DNA of 64,000 nt from positions 1-64,000 of IMG/VR virus record IMGVR_UViG_3300020403_002374, one strand, 5' to 3'. Positions 18,135-27,670 of the stretch are shown piece by piece. The position numbers were made by a program, and so were the translations under genes. The notes below the pieces were generated by a model. That model searched no databases and was not told the origin of the DNA. It saw nothing but the letters and a program-made list of their open reading frames with translations. Source of the stretch: a virus. Positions within the stretch are counted from its first letter, which is position 1, and each line of letters opens with the position of its first letter.

Positions 18135-19185
18135 TCCAGAACCGAAACTAGACTTTGATGATGTCTTACTCGTACCACAAAGATCGAAGGCAGCGAGTAG
18201 GAGAGAAGTAGATTTAAACAGAAAGTTCAAATTTTATCATTCACCGAAAGAGTGGCATGGCATACCGTTGGTGGCAGCTAATATGGACACTACGGGAACA
18301 TTTAAGATGGGTACTGCACTCAGTACCAAACAAATGGTCACATGTTTACATAAGCACTATGCCGCCGATGTGATAGATGACTACTACAAATATTATAATG
18401 TAGAGCATAATGTTTGGATTAGTATTGGTATGGATCTTGAACATGAACTAGAGCGTTTATTCTATATCGAAGATAATTCATCTATTCAACCTAATATCTG
18501 TATTGATATTGCTAATGGTTACACAGAGAGGTTTGTTGACTACTGCGGCAAAATCAGATTAGAATTTCCCAATTCAATTATTATGGCGGGCAATGTTTGC
18601 ACACCAGAGATGGTGTCAGAACTTATCCTACATGGAGAAGTTGACATTGTAAAGATTGGGATTGGTCCCGGTTCTGCATGTACGACCCGCCTAAAAACGG
18701 GTGTTGGATACCCACAGCTTTCAGCTATCGCAGAGTGTGCCCACGTAGCTCACGGTTTAAGGTCTGATGCCGGTAAACTGGGTCTCATTTGTGCAGATGG
18801 TGGCTGTAGGACTGCTGGCGATGTAGCTAAAGCCTATGCTGCTGGAGCAGACTTTGTGATGCTGGGCGGTATGCTGGCAGGAGCAGATGAGTGCGAAGGC
18901 GAGTGGGAATATGACATATCAGAAAAAAAGAAAAATTTACTTTTCTATGGTATGTCCTCAGAGAAAGCTCAAAACAAACACAACGATGGTATGAATGATT
19001 ACGCTACCAGCGAAGGTAGAGTCAAAAAAGTTCCATACAAGGGGAAAGTAGATGGAGTGGTTCGAGATATTTGCGGTGGTGTTCGTAGTGCTTGTGCTTA
19101 TACGGGAGCTACTTCATTAAAGGACTTTAGTAAAACGGCACGTTTTGTTCGTGTTAATCGTACTCATAACGATCAGAGTGTCTAA
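18121..19185 (+). CDS. guaC: GMP reductase
   Basis: KLDFDDVLL, AANMDT, DIANGY, GIGPGSACTTRLKTGVGYPQLSA, FYGMSS, SEG, GGVRSACAY. Confidence 0.93.
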   Translation: MLKIDPEPKLDFDDVLLVPQRSKAASRREVDLNRKFKFYHSPKEWHGIPLVAANMDTTGTFKMGTALSTKQMVTCLHKHYAADVIDDYYKYYNVEHNVWISIGMDLEHELERLFYIEDNSSIQPNICIDIANGYTERFVDYCGKIRLEFPNSIIMAGNVCTPEMVSELILHGEVDIVKIGIGPGSACTTRLKTGVGYPQLSAIAECAHVAHGLRSDAGKLGLICADGGCRTAGDVAKAYAAGADFVMLGGMLAGADECEGEWEYDISEKKKNLLFYGMSSEKAQNKHNDGMNDYATSEGRVKKVPYKGKVDGVVRDICGGVRSACAYTGATSLKDFSKTARFVRVNRTHNDQSV

Positions 19186-19649
19186 TGATTACATACGCAG
19201 CGATACCCAGCCCGCTGTTTGGCTATAAACAAATGTTCGACGCAGTTGAGCTTGTAGACGAAGCGTTTGCTGTTGGTTATTTTAAAAACCATCTAGAAGA
19301 AATCGAGTGTGCATGGATAGCACTTGATGGTGACAAAGTAGTAGGATGGGCAGCAGTAGGAGATTGTATTCTACGATGTATCGTTGTACATCCAGACTAT
19401 CGAGGACAAGGTGTCGGAAAAAGATTAACAGAAGAAAGATTAAAGTATTTAGGAGATTGCAAAGAAGTGATCTCTTATGCTTGGGTTCGTCCAGATGGTC
19501 GATGTATGTCTTGTAAAAACCTAGAAAATTTCGGTTTTGAGCTTGCAAAAGAGCTTCCTGAATACTATAATGATACTAGAAGCAACTGTAAATACTGTGG
19601 GAGTAATTGCACATGTGTGGCAAGGCTGTACGTCAAAGCACAACATTAG
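19185..19649 (+). CDS. GNAT acetyltransferase with Cys-rich C-terminus
   Basis: VVHPDYRGQGVG motif A; CKYC..CTC tail. Confidence 0.85.
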   Translation: MITYAAIPSPLFGYKQMFDAVELVDEAFAVGYFKNHLEEIECAWIALDGDKVVGWAAVGDCILRCIVVHPDYRGQGVGKRLTEERLKYLGDCKEVISYAWVRPDGRCMSCKNLENFGFELAKELPEYYNDTRSNCKYCGSNCTCVARLYVKAQH

Positions 19650-20671
19650 ACTTGAACAAAGTACGCGACATTATCTTCCAAGACATTTATAAGTTATTGG
19701 ATAGTTTTGATTTAGAATATACTCAAGACGCTGATAATATTTTTATGAAGTGTCCTATCCATGAGGGTAGTGATAACCCACAAGGATTGTCGATCTCGCT
19801 AGACAAACAAGTGTGGCGTTGCTGGACTCGTGGGTGTCACGATCACTATAGTTGTAATATTTGGGGATTCATCAAGGGTTGCCTGCAAACAGACTCATTT
19901 TCTGATGCACTCAAATATGTTTGTAAATTGTACGATGTAAATGGAGCATCTAAAAATGATAACGGCATTAATACTAATAATCCTAAGCGTGATAATGATT
20001 TCAGCGAGCTTGTACGCCAAATCAAAGGATCTAGAGGAGCAGATAGAAGCCCATGTGAAGTGGAGCATTTATCAAGACCAAAAACTGAGTCGTGCCCTTC
20101 ACCGTATTTCATTGCTAGAGGATACGAACCGGAAACGCTGCGATTTTTTGGAGTTCAACAAACACCAAATGACACAAGGGGAGTTCTTCGACACAGGGCT
20201 ATTATACCCATCTGGGGCGTTGACGGAAAATATGTTGGATACATCGGGAGAGCAACCCGTGATTTCATCCAGCCTAAATACATATTCTCTAAGGGAATCA
20301 GAAAGTCAGACTACCTCTACAACTACCACAACGCCACCACCTCAATGGTTCATCTAAATACTTTGTTCCTAGTAGAAGGTCAGGGTGACGTTTGGAGACT
20401 TTGGGAGTGCGGGGTAAAAAATGCGGTCGGACTATTTGGCAAAGACATATCATCACAACAGCGTAAGCTATTACTAAATAGTGGTGCTACCAGACTTGTT
20501 GTCCTCACCGACAACGACCAAGCGGGTCGAGAGTCCAAGATTAAAATCAAAAGAGAGTTAGGAAGATTATTTAAGTTGGTATTCCCCAAAATGCATACGA
20601 AAGATTTAGGGGGTATGCTTCATGAGACTATAGAACAAAACATTCTAAAAGATTTAAGAGGGTACTATTAA
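19607..20671 (+). CDS. dnaG: DNA primase (CHC2 zinc finger + TOPRIM); true start may be TTG 19652
   Basis: CPIH...CWTRGC, LVEGQGD, DNDQAG, KDLG. Confidence 0.92.
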   Translation: MHMCGKAVRQSTTLDLNKVRDIIFQDIYKLLDSFDLEYTQDADNIFMKCPIHEGSDNPQGLSISLDKQVWRCWTRGCHDHYSCNIWGFIKGCLQTDSFSDALKYVCKLYDVNGASKNDNGINTNNPKRDNDFSELVRQIKGSRGADRSPCEVEHLSRPKTESCPSPYFIARGYEPETLRFFGVQQTPNDTRGVLRHRAIIPIWGVDGKYVGYIGRATRDFIQPKYIFSKGIRKSDYLYNYHNATTSMVHLNTLFLVEGQGDVWRLWECGVKNAVGLFGKDISSQQRKLLLNSGATRLVVLTDNDQAGRESKIKIKRELGRLFKLVFPKMHTKDLGGMLHETIEQNILKDLRGYY

Positions 20672-21396
20672 TGATCGTAGGAATTTCGGGACGAAAACAA
20701 GCCGGTAAAAATACAACTGCCAATATACTTCATGGGATTATTCTCAAAAAAGAGGGATTCATAAAAGAGTGGAGTATTGGTGGCGAAGGACAACTAATGA
20801 TTGATTCTACGGATGGAAGCGGTTGGGGCGAGTTCGATATTACACGGCAAGACGAACAATTTGCAGAGTGGGCAGATTATAACATGTGGCCTTTTGTAAA
20901 ATTGTATAGTTTTGCAGATCATCTTAAGTGGATTTGTATTAAACTTTTTGATATTCCCTATGAGTGCGTTTGGGGGACAGATGAACAGAAGAATCAGATA
21001 CAGGAACATTTGGTATGGGAAAATATGCCGGTTTGGAGTCTACTGGTCGATAACACTGGCCCAATGACCGCCCGTGAATTCATGCAGTATCTTGGCACAG
21101 ATATCATGCGTAAAATGTACGAACCAATCTGGGTCAATGCTTGCATCAAGAAAATACAACAGGAACAATCAGAACTGGCAATTATTGCAGACGTTCGCTT
21201 CCCCAACGAGGCGAAAGCTATTGAACAAGCCGGTGGCAAGGTTGTGCGACTAACACGCAAGGTTCACGAGGATAACCATTCGAGCGAAGTAGCTCTGGAT
21301 GACTACCCCTTCACAGATTATATTGACAATAAAATTGAAAGCATCGACGTTCTGATGGTGAAGGTTACAGAATTTTACCGTAAACTAAAGGAATAA
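20671..21396 (+). CDS. Deoxynucleoside monophosphate kinase
   Basis: GISGRKQAGKNT, SFADHLK, REFMQYLGTD, DVRFPNE, HSSE. Confidence 0.9.
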   Translation: MIVGISGRKQAGKNTTANILHGIILKKEGFIKEWSIGGEGQLMIDSTDGSGWGEFDITRQDEQFAEWADYNMWPFVKLYSFADHLKWICIKLFDIPYECVWGTDEQKNQIQEHLVWENMPVWSLLVDNTGPMTAREFMQYLGTDIMRKMYEPIWVNACIKKIQQEQSELAIIADVRFPNEAKAIEQAGGKVVRLTRKVHEDNHSSEVALDDYPFTDYIDNKIESIDVLMVKVTEFYRKLKE

Positions 21397-21397
21397 G

Positions 21398-22438
21398 ATG
21401 TTAGTAACCTATGTGAGAAGTTCTTCCTACAACAATTATGAATTTTGCCAGATGCAATATTTTCTGACCTACGTTCTAGGTTGGCAAAGTGCTAGTGGTA
21501 AAAGAGCAGACATGGGAACTATGGCCCACAAGGTCATGGAGATTCTTGCTGGACTTAAAAAGTTTCAGCAGGACAATCCTCGTAGAAAATGGCTAGAAAT
21601 CGAAGATGATAAGTGTGGAAAAGTCAGAGTTAGCAAGGATGATCTCTACACTGACGCCTTTGTAGACGAATTGATCGCTAGATCCATCAAAGATTACGGC
21701 GAAACATCTGTACATAAGTTTTATCGTAAAGAACGTAAAGAAGTCAGCGACACAGTTTATACTTTTTTAACTCACAACAATGGTCAATTTGACCCTAGAC
21801 TTAGAAATGTATACTACCCAGAGCCCCATTTCGACCTGCCAATTGAAGAGGACTGGGCTAAATTTGATTTTGTAGATGCAAACGGTAATACTCAGAAGGG
21901 TCAATTAGCTATTAAGGGCACAATTGACCTCGTTACCCTTGTAAATGAAGACACAATCGAGGTGGTTGACTGGAAAAGCGGTCGCCGCCTGAATTGGGCG
22001 AGCGGTGAAGAAAAAACCTACGAAAAAATGATGAATGACCCACAGTTATTGCTGTATTTTTACGCTATGTCTAAAATGTTCCCTGATTTTCCCAATAGAA
22101 TTATGAGTATTTTCTTCTATAAAGATACTGAAGGGGAACCAGATCCTACACCCTATAGCTTCTGTTTTACCAAGGAGGATGAGGATAGGTTTCTAGGTAT
22201 GCTCAAAAAGCGGGTAGAAGAAATCAGACAGAATAATAATCCATCTGTACTAGATCCTACGAGAACAGACTTTAGATGTAAATATCTATGTCATTTTTGT
22301 AAAAATAAGTTTGAAGGTGAGACGGAAAATATGTGTATAATAACAGAGAAGCACTTGAAGGAACATGGTATGCAGGAAACAGTCAAAAAGTTAACCCGTC
22401 CGGGGTTCAATATAGGCTTCTACGAAGCTCCGGGCTAA
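21398..22438 (+). CDS. PD-(D/E)xK exonuclease, Cas4/AddB-like with Fe-S cysteines
   Basis: N-terminal Cys, GTMAH, GTIDLV, VDWKSG, QLLLY, CKYLCHFC. Confidence 0.88.
   Translation: MLVTYVRSSSYNNYEFCQMQYFLTYVLGWQSASGKRADMGTMAHKVMEILAGLKKFQQDNPRRKWLEIEDDKCGKVRVSKDDLYTDAFVDELIARSIKDYGETSVHKFYRKERKEVSDTVYTFLTHNNGQFDPRLRNVYYPEPHFDLPIEEDWAKFDFVDANGNTQKGQLAIKGTIDLVTLVNEDTIEVVDWKSGRRLNWASGEEKTYEKMMNDPQLLLYFYAMSKMFPDFPNRIMSIFFYKDTEGEPDPTPYSFCFTKEDEDRFLGMLKKRVEEIRQNNNPSVLDPTRTDFRCKYLCHFCKNKFEGETENMCIITEKHLKEHGMQETVKKLTRPGFNIGFYEAPG
22333..22342 (+). promoter_or_regulatory. Putative late-promoter motif GTGTATAATA
   Basis: Exact motif about 110 bp upstream of the 22453-25691 gene block. Confidence 0.5.
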
Positions 22439-22452
22439 AAGGGGGTGATATC

Positions 22453-22626
22453 GTGAGCGGGGTGAAAGATTTTATGTTAGGTTTTTTTGTTGCTGCTTCG
22501 TTTGGTTTTCTCTTGTATACGATTTGGGAGTATAAGAGACATGTTCCAGTTGTCATTAAACAGGTTCCAGTACCAATTCAGATGATGCCAAATCCATCAT
22601 CAGATATAGAAACTTGGGAAACATAA
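22453..22626 (+). CDS. Small single-TM protein
   Basis: GTG start after a GGGGGTG RBS; hydrophobic helix. Confidence 0.6.
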   Translation: MSGVKDFMLGFFVAASFGFLLYTIWEYKRHVPVVIKQVPVPIQMMPNPSSDIETWET

Positions 22627-22627
22627 T

Positions 22628-23857
22628 ATGAAAAGAAGAGATTTTGTCAAACTTGGTGCCGCAACATTCGTAGTAGGTAATGTAGAAGCTAGTTATGCAG
22701 ATTCAAAAAATAGTGACGAAACTGCCGTCCTTTTCGTTTTTCTTAACGGTGGGGCATCTCATATTGAGACTTTTAATCCTATACCACTTGCTCCTGCTGA
22801 CAGGCGATCTGTAACGGGTCATACTAAAACAAATGTTACCGGCATCGAGCTTGGCGGATTGTTTAAAGAATTATCCAAGCGTACAAATAAGATTGTAATT
22901 CCTAGAGCGTTTGGTCATAGAGATCAGAATCACGCATCTTCTGTACACTGGGTGGTTACTGGTGAAGCAAACTTTGGTGCTGGAACAAGCTCCAAGTGGC
23001 CTAGTCATGGGAGTATGATGAGTAGGTATCATGGTCCAAACACAGAGGATGGTTTACCACACTACGTCAAGATTGGTGGGTTCGCTCACGATGATGCTGC
23101 TTGGCTTGGCGGTAAGTATATGGGGTTTGATGCTACCAAGGAGGGGCGTAAAGATCTGCAACTTCTTGGCAGTAGTGATGCGTTCAAAAAAAGATTATTT
23201 GCACTAAACGTAATTGACAAAGGTTTTAAAGCCAGAGAACAACAATTGGCTAAAGACTGGTCTGCACTCCGTGAGCAATCCGTAGACATTATTCTGGGTA
23301 ATGCCTCCAAATCGTTTAGAGTAGAAGAAGATAAAGACTACAACTCGTTCAAGGAGCACTCTTTTGGCTCAGACGCTTTAACCGCAATCAGGCTTTTGCA
23401 GGCTGGGTCGAAGTTTGTAACACTTAACCTTGGCGGTTGGGATATGCATCAGAATATTGGAGCATCGTTATCTAACACACAGGTTGTACTAGACACATAC
23501 TTAGCTAAAATTATGGACACACTGGAAGCAAGGGGTATGTACGAAAGAGTTATGCTTGTTGTGACTTCTGAGTTTGGACGCACACCAAAAGTAAATGCAA
23601 ACCAAGGTAGAGATCATTTTGGTAAACTTGCCCCACTTATGATTAGCTGTGGTAGTTATGAAATGGGTAGGACTATTGGTCAAACAAATGCAAATGCTGA
23701 TGATTTTGAAGATGGTAGAACTACTCCAGAAGATTTATCTTGGACTATTTTTGACCACTTAAATATGGAAAAGCGTACACGTTATACGGCGACTGATGGT
23801 CGTCCACATTACATAGTCAAAGAAGATTCTAAAAATATTCTTAAAGATGTATCATGA
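22628..23857 (+). CDS. DUF1501-family protein with Tat signal
   Basis: KRRDFVK twin-arginine; FLNGGASHIETF, GWDMH, SEFGRTPKVN, GRDH. Confidence 0.9.
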   Translation: MKRRDFVKLGAATFVVGNVEASYADSKNSDETAVLFVFLNGGASHIETFNPIPLAPADRRSVTGHTKTNVTGIELGGLFKELSKRTNKIVIPRAFGHRDQNHASSVHWVVTGEANFGAGTSSKWPSHGSMMSRYHGPNTEDGLPHYVKIGGFAHDDAAWLGGKYMGFDATKEGRKDLQLLGSSDAFKKRLFALNVIDKGFKAREQQLAKDWSALREQSVDIILGNASKSFRVEEDKDYNSFKEHSFGSDALTAIRLLQAGSKFVTLNLGGWDMHQNIGASLSNTQVVLDTYLAKIMDTLEARGMYERVMLVVTSEFGRTPKVNANQGRDHFGKLAPLMISCGSYEMGRTIGQTNANADDFEDGRTTPEDLSWTIFDHLNMEKRTRYTATDGRPHYIVKEDSKNILKDVS

Positions 23858-24522
23858 GATTATCAGACATAGACGATTCTTTATCTAATAGACTAGAGTC
23901 TGTTAAGTATACAGAAAAGACCAGAACTTGGAAAGTATCCAAAAACATAACTATTGATTGGAAGGGCGTTTTACCAAACCCGCCAAAAAACACTTCCCAA
24001 GAAACAAAAGAAGAGTTGGAGTATTTAGAGAAAATTACCAACAATCTCATGTTGGGTGATAAAAGTTTGATACACTTAGTTGATGTAGAGCCTTTGGATT
24101 TATACAAACCCATATTTGACAAGATTGGACAACCCATACCCAGAAAAGAATTTAAAAAGATATGGAACATCACCAAGCCAATTATTTTAAATTTAAAACA
24201 TCAGTTCAATAGAGCTAGGCCAAAACAACTAGCAGACCTTTTAGGTTACGATATAAAAGTTACTAGAACAAAAACACACCACACACCAGCTTATCCTTCT
24301 GGACATACCGCATATGCCGCTATGGGTGCTTATCTATTTTCAGATATGTATCCACAATACTCATCAGAGTTTTTTCAAAAGATAAGTTTAGCTGGACTTG
24401 CACGTTGTTTGCAAGGTGTGCATTATCCATCAGATAACGAAGCATCTATGGTAATTAGTGGTGCTATTTGGCAAGATATTAGATACAAATTATTCCCTGA
24501 ATTAAAACCTTATAGGAGATAA
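23854..24522 (+). CDS. PAP2-family acid phosphatase / haloperoxidase-like protein
   Basis: KHQFNRARP, YPSGH, ARCLQGVHYPSD catalytic motifs. Confidence 0.88.
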   Translation: MRLSDIDDSLSNRLESVKYTEKTRTWKVSKNITIDWKGVLPNPPKNTSQETKEELEYLEKITNNLMLGDKSLIHLVDVEPLDLYKPIFDKIGQPIPRKEFKKIWNITKPIILNLKHQFNRARPKQLADLLGYDIKVTRTKTHHTPAYPSGHTAYAAMGAYLFSDMYPQYSSEFFQKISLAGLARCLQGVHYPSDNEASMVISGAIWQDIRYKLFPELKPYRR

Positions 24523-24524
24523 AA

Positions 24525-25691
24525 ATGCCTTTACCAGAAAAAAGAGAAGGTGAAAAACCCGGAGAGTTTATTGCTCGATGTATGAGTGATCCAAAAATTC
24601 ATAGAGAATATCCAGATCAAAAACAAAGAACAGCAGTCTGCATGAGTAAAGCCTGCGAGGGAATGAGTTACATTGAAGCTGCTGACTTTCAAATTAATTT
24701 TGAAGAATATGGCTTTACTGAGGATCTAACAGAAGATAATTGGTACTGCCCCACAGAAGCAGAGTATGTTGATGATGTTGAGTGGGGAGAGCAAACCGAA
24801 GAGTGGGATGTTTCGGAAGCAAGGCCGGGACTCTGGGAAAACATTCGTAGAAAAAAAGAGCGAGAAGGTAAGAACTATAAACCCGCTCGCACAGAAAAAG
24901 AAGGCAGACCTACACAAGAGCAACTTAAAAGGGCACAGTCTGATAAGCCCGGACCAAAAGATCCTCGTAGAACTCCTGCACCCAAGAAAGATCAAAAGAA
25001 AGGCTCCAAAAAGAATAAGCCAGATAGTGCCAAAGACGGCAAGAGTAAAATTACTTTTAGCAAAGAAGTGACTGCACAACTACAAAATAAAGTTAAAGAG
25101 CACAATGCTAAGGGTAAAGGTTCAAAAGCAACTCTTGGTATGCTTAAAGCTGTCTATCGTCGCGGTGCTGGTGCTTATTCAACAAGTCACGCTCCAAAAA
25201 TGAGTCGTCATGGCTGGGCTATTGCTCGTGTAAATGCTTTCCTCAAGCTGCTAAGAAGTGGAAGACCTTCCAATCCAAACTACACGACAGATAACGATTT
25301 GTTGCCAAAGGGTCATCCTAGAAAATCTAAAGCAGAAGAGGCGGAAGCAGGTTTCAAGTACCAAGACCCAAAAACAGGAGAGATTTACGAATACGAGCGT
25401 AAAGGAATCTATCGTAAAAACGGTCGCGTCCTTGTTCCTGCTCGTGCTGCGGAATACCAAGGTCGCAAGGTTCAGCTTGGTAAACCATTCAGAACCCCAA
25501 AGGGACCGAAGAAGTTTAGTGTATATGTTAAAAACGACAAGGGTAATGTTGTAAAGGTCAATTTTGGCGACCCTAACATGAAGATCAAAAAATCTGATCC
25601 TGCTCGTCGCAAGTCGTTCCGAGCTAGACACAACTGCGATAATCCCGGCCCTCGTTACAAAGCACGATATTGGAGTTGCCGTAAGTGGTAG
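24525..25691 (+). CDS. Multi-module basic protein, probable internal head polyprotein
   Basis: Chain of small Lys/Arg-rich modules (LKAVYRRGAGAY...WAIARVN; AEYQGRKV...RKSFRARHNC...YWSCRKW) typical of large phages. Confidence 0.65.
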   Translation: MPLPEKREGEKPGEFIARCMSDPKIHREYPDQKQRTAVCMSKACEGMSYIEAADFQINFEEYGFTEDLTEDNWYCPTEAEYVDDVEWGEQTEEWDVSEARPGLWENIRRKKEREGKNYKPARTEKEGRPTQEQLKRAQSDKPGPKDPRRTPAPKKDQKKGSKKNKPDSAKDGKSKITFSKEVTAQLQNKVKEHNAKGKGSKATLGMLKAVYRRGAGAYSTSHAPKMSRHGWAIARVNAFLKLLRSGRPSNPNYTTDNDLLPKGHPRKSKAEEAEAGFKYQDPKTGEIYEYERKGIYRKNGRVLVPARAAEYQGRKVQLGKPFRTPKGPKKFSVYVKNDKGNVVKVNFGDPNMKIKKSDPARRKSFRARHNCDNPGPRYKARYWSCRKW

Positions 25692-27670
25692 AAAAGGACT
25701 TCTCCAAATGCCAATGCCCAAAGGCGGGGTGGTGCGATCTTCTTAAAAAAGAAATGACCGCCATCCCTCCTAACTGGCAGTGGTGTCAAAATCTCACACC
25801 GCCAGAAAGAGAAGAGTATTACAATACAATATTTAAGCAAGCAAGGGTTATTCATAAATCAAAAGATGAAGACCTTGTTGATGTAGTTAATTTTTATGAT
25901 GAGCTACCTAAGCAGAAAAGTCACTTAGCCATCTGCGTGATTCCAGCTAATGATCTAGCTGTAGAACTTCTAAACATTACACGCGATTCAATCAAATCTT
26001 ATGCCGAAAAATGCGGTGCAGACTACATAGAGCTAACTGGAGATCAACATTCAGGCTGGCCTATGGCTAATAAGTATCGACTACACCAAGTAACATCAAA
26101 ATATGATAAAACACTATACTTAGACTGTGACGTTATCGTTTCTCCAAGTGCTGATAATATATTTGATGCAACCCCTGATGACAAAATATCTGCATACGAT
26201 GAATATGAAATATGGCAATTAAAAAATGAAACAAGATGGATTGAAATACAACAAGACTTAATAATTAGACAGTTAAATGAAGAGGATTTAAACGAGAAGT
26301 ATTTAAACAATGGTAAAACACTATTTCCAAATAGTATGATTAACGGGGGAGTGCTTGTGATTCCAAAGTGCTGCTCAGACTATTATCAACAACCAAAGAA
26401 TATTTATCCTAAGCACTGGTGTTTTGATCAGAATTATTTGACACTCAAGTTGCCAAAAGAAAAACTTCATAGACTAGATTTTAAATGGAATTGTTCATAT
26501 GTTTCTGGTGACGGTTTTTGGTATCATTCATCTAAGGCACACTTTATCCATGTAAATTCTTTAAGCAAAAGTTTAAAAGCTAGAAAAGCTATCTTATCGT
26601 CAATACTGCTGGGTGATTTTTGCCCAATAGAACAGCACAGGTACGACAGTTCTTATAACTATTCCAATCTTGAGTGGAAAGAAAGTAAGCTAAACATAAA
26701 GACGAATACGTTTAAAGAAAACAGAATAGGTCTGATTCAAGGTGAGATAGCTCCGGGCGGTGCCTTAACTTGGATGAAATTTTTTGCACAATGTTTTGGT
26801 GACGATATTTCAGGGATAGTCCCAATTATAGATTTTCCCAACTATCACCATCTTGAAACAGGGATGAAACAAGGTTATTCCAAAGAAGAAATGGAAGAGC
26901 TTTATGTTAAATCAGATACAATTATTTACTGGGCCTACTATCTACCAGATAATTTACCATCCTTTATAAGAGACAACCCCCTTAAAAAGAAAATCATTTA
27001 CATATCCCATTCAGGATTTAGACACAACAAATTACACGATCTACTACTAGACGTTTTTAAACCAGACATCAGTATTTTTGTAGATGACATTGTAGCAAAA
27101 CATTACGATTCTATATGTATACCACCACCAGTTTCTTTTAATGAAAAACTAGAAAGAAATCCAGTTCCAAAAAATATACTGTGGCACCACAGGTTAGAAC
27201 ATTATAAAGGGGTTTCGGTTCTCGCTGATATTATTCGCTATCTACCGGATTTTAATTTTCATATAGCTGGTAGTTGGGACGAAAGTTTTCACAGTAAAAA
27301 AACGGTCGAAGCTGTTAACAACCGAATATTGTCTAATGGAAACAAAAATGTTTTTTACTACGGCCATCTAGACAACATGGATGACTTATTAGAAACTTGT
27401 TCTCTATCTCTGTCTACTTCTTTTGATGAATCTTTTGGCTTATCAGTGGCAGAAAGTATTGCACACGGTATCCCAACAGTTTCCCACGCACTTGGGATAG
27501 GTAGGTTTGCTGACTTTACTTTGAAATACAAATCTCACCCTTCTGAGTGGGCCAAGGCAATAAGGCTCTGCGAACATGAAGTAAAAGAAGCGAAGAATAA
27601 AGATTACATTAGAGAAGAATTTTCTATAGAACGTTTTGAAGAAAAGTGGAGAAAAGTGTTATGTTTGTAA
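25685..27670 (+). CDS. Fused glycosyltransferase (Cys-rich N-terminus + GT8-like GT-A + GT4-like GT-B)
   Basis: LYLDCD, INGGV, DQNYL (GT8-like); ESFGLSVAE (GT4). Confidence 0.85.
   Translation: MVEKDFSKCQCPKAGWCDLLKKEMTAIPPNWQWCQNLTPPEREEYYNTIFKQARVIHKSKDEDLVDVVNFYDELPKQKSHLAICVIPANDLAVELLNITRDSIKSYAEKCGADYIELTGDQHSGWPMANKYRLHQVTSKYDKTLYLDCDVIVSPSADNIFDATPDDKISAYDEYEIWQLKNETRWIEIQQDLIIRQLNEEDLNEKYLNNGKTLFPNSMINGGVLVIPKCCSDYYQQPKNIYPKHWCFDQNYLTLKLPKEKLHRLDFKWNCSYVSGDGFWYHSSKAHFIHVNSLSKSLKARKAILSSILLGDFCPIEQHRYDSSYNYSNLEWKESKLNIKTNTFKENRIGLIQGEIAPGGALTWMKFFAQCFGDDISGIVPIIDFPNYHHLETGMKQGYSKEEMEELYVKSDTIIYWAYYLPDNLPSFIRDNPLKKKIIYISHSGFRHNKLHDLLLDVFKPDISIFVDDIVAKHYDSICIPPPVSFNEKLERNPVPKNILWHHRLEHYKGVSVLADIIRYLPDFNFHIAGSWDESFHSKKTVEAVNNRILSNGNKNVFYYGHLDNMDDLLETCSLSLSTSFDESFGLSVAESIAHGIPTVSHALGIGRFADFTLKYKSHPSEWAKAIRLCEHEVKEAKNKDYIREEFSIERFEEKWRKVLCL

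Noticed and set aside
21398-22438. CRISPR-Cas system suggested by the Cas4-like nuclease
   Set aside because: No repeat-spacer array or other cas genes are seen; stand-alone Cas4-like exonucleases are common in phage replication modules.
25251-25721. Antisense and alternate-frame ORFs (e.g. 25251-25721, 36450-37013, 49604-50056, 56421-56864, 19941-20357)
   Set aside because: They lie almost wholly within well-supported genes and show no recognisable motifs; treated as shadow ORFs.
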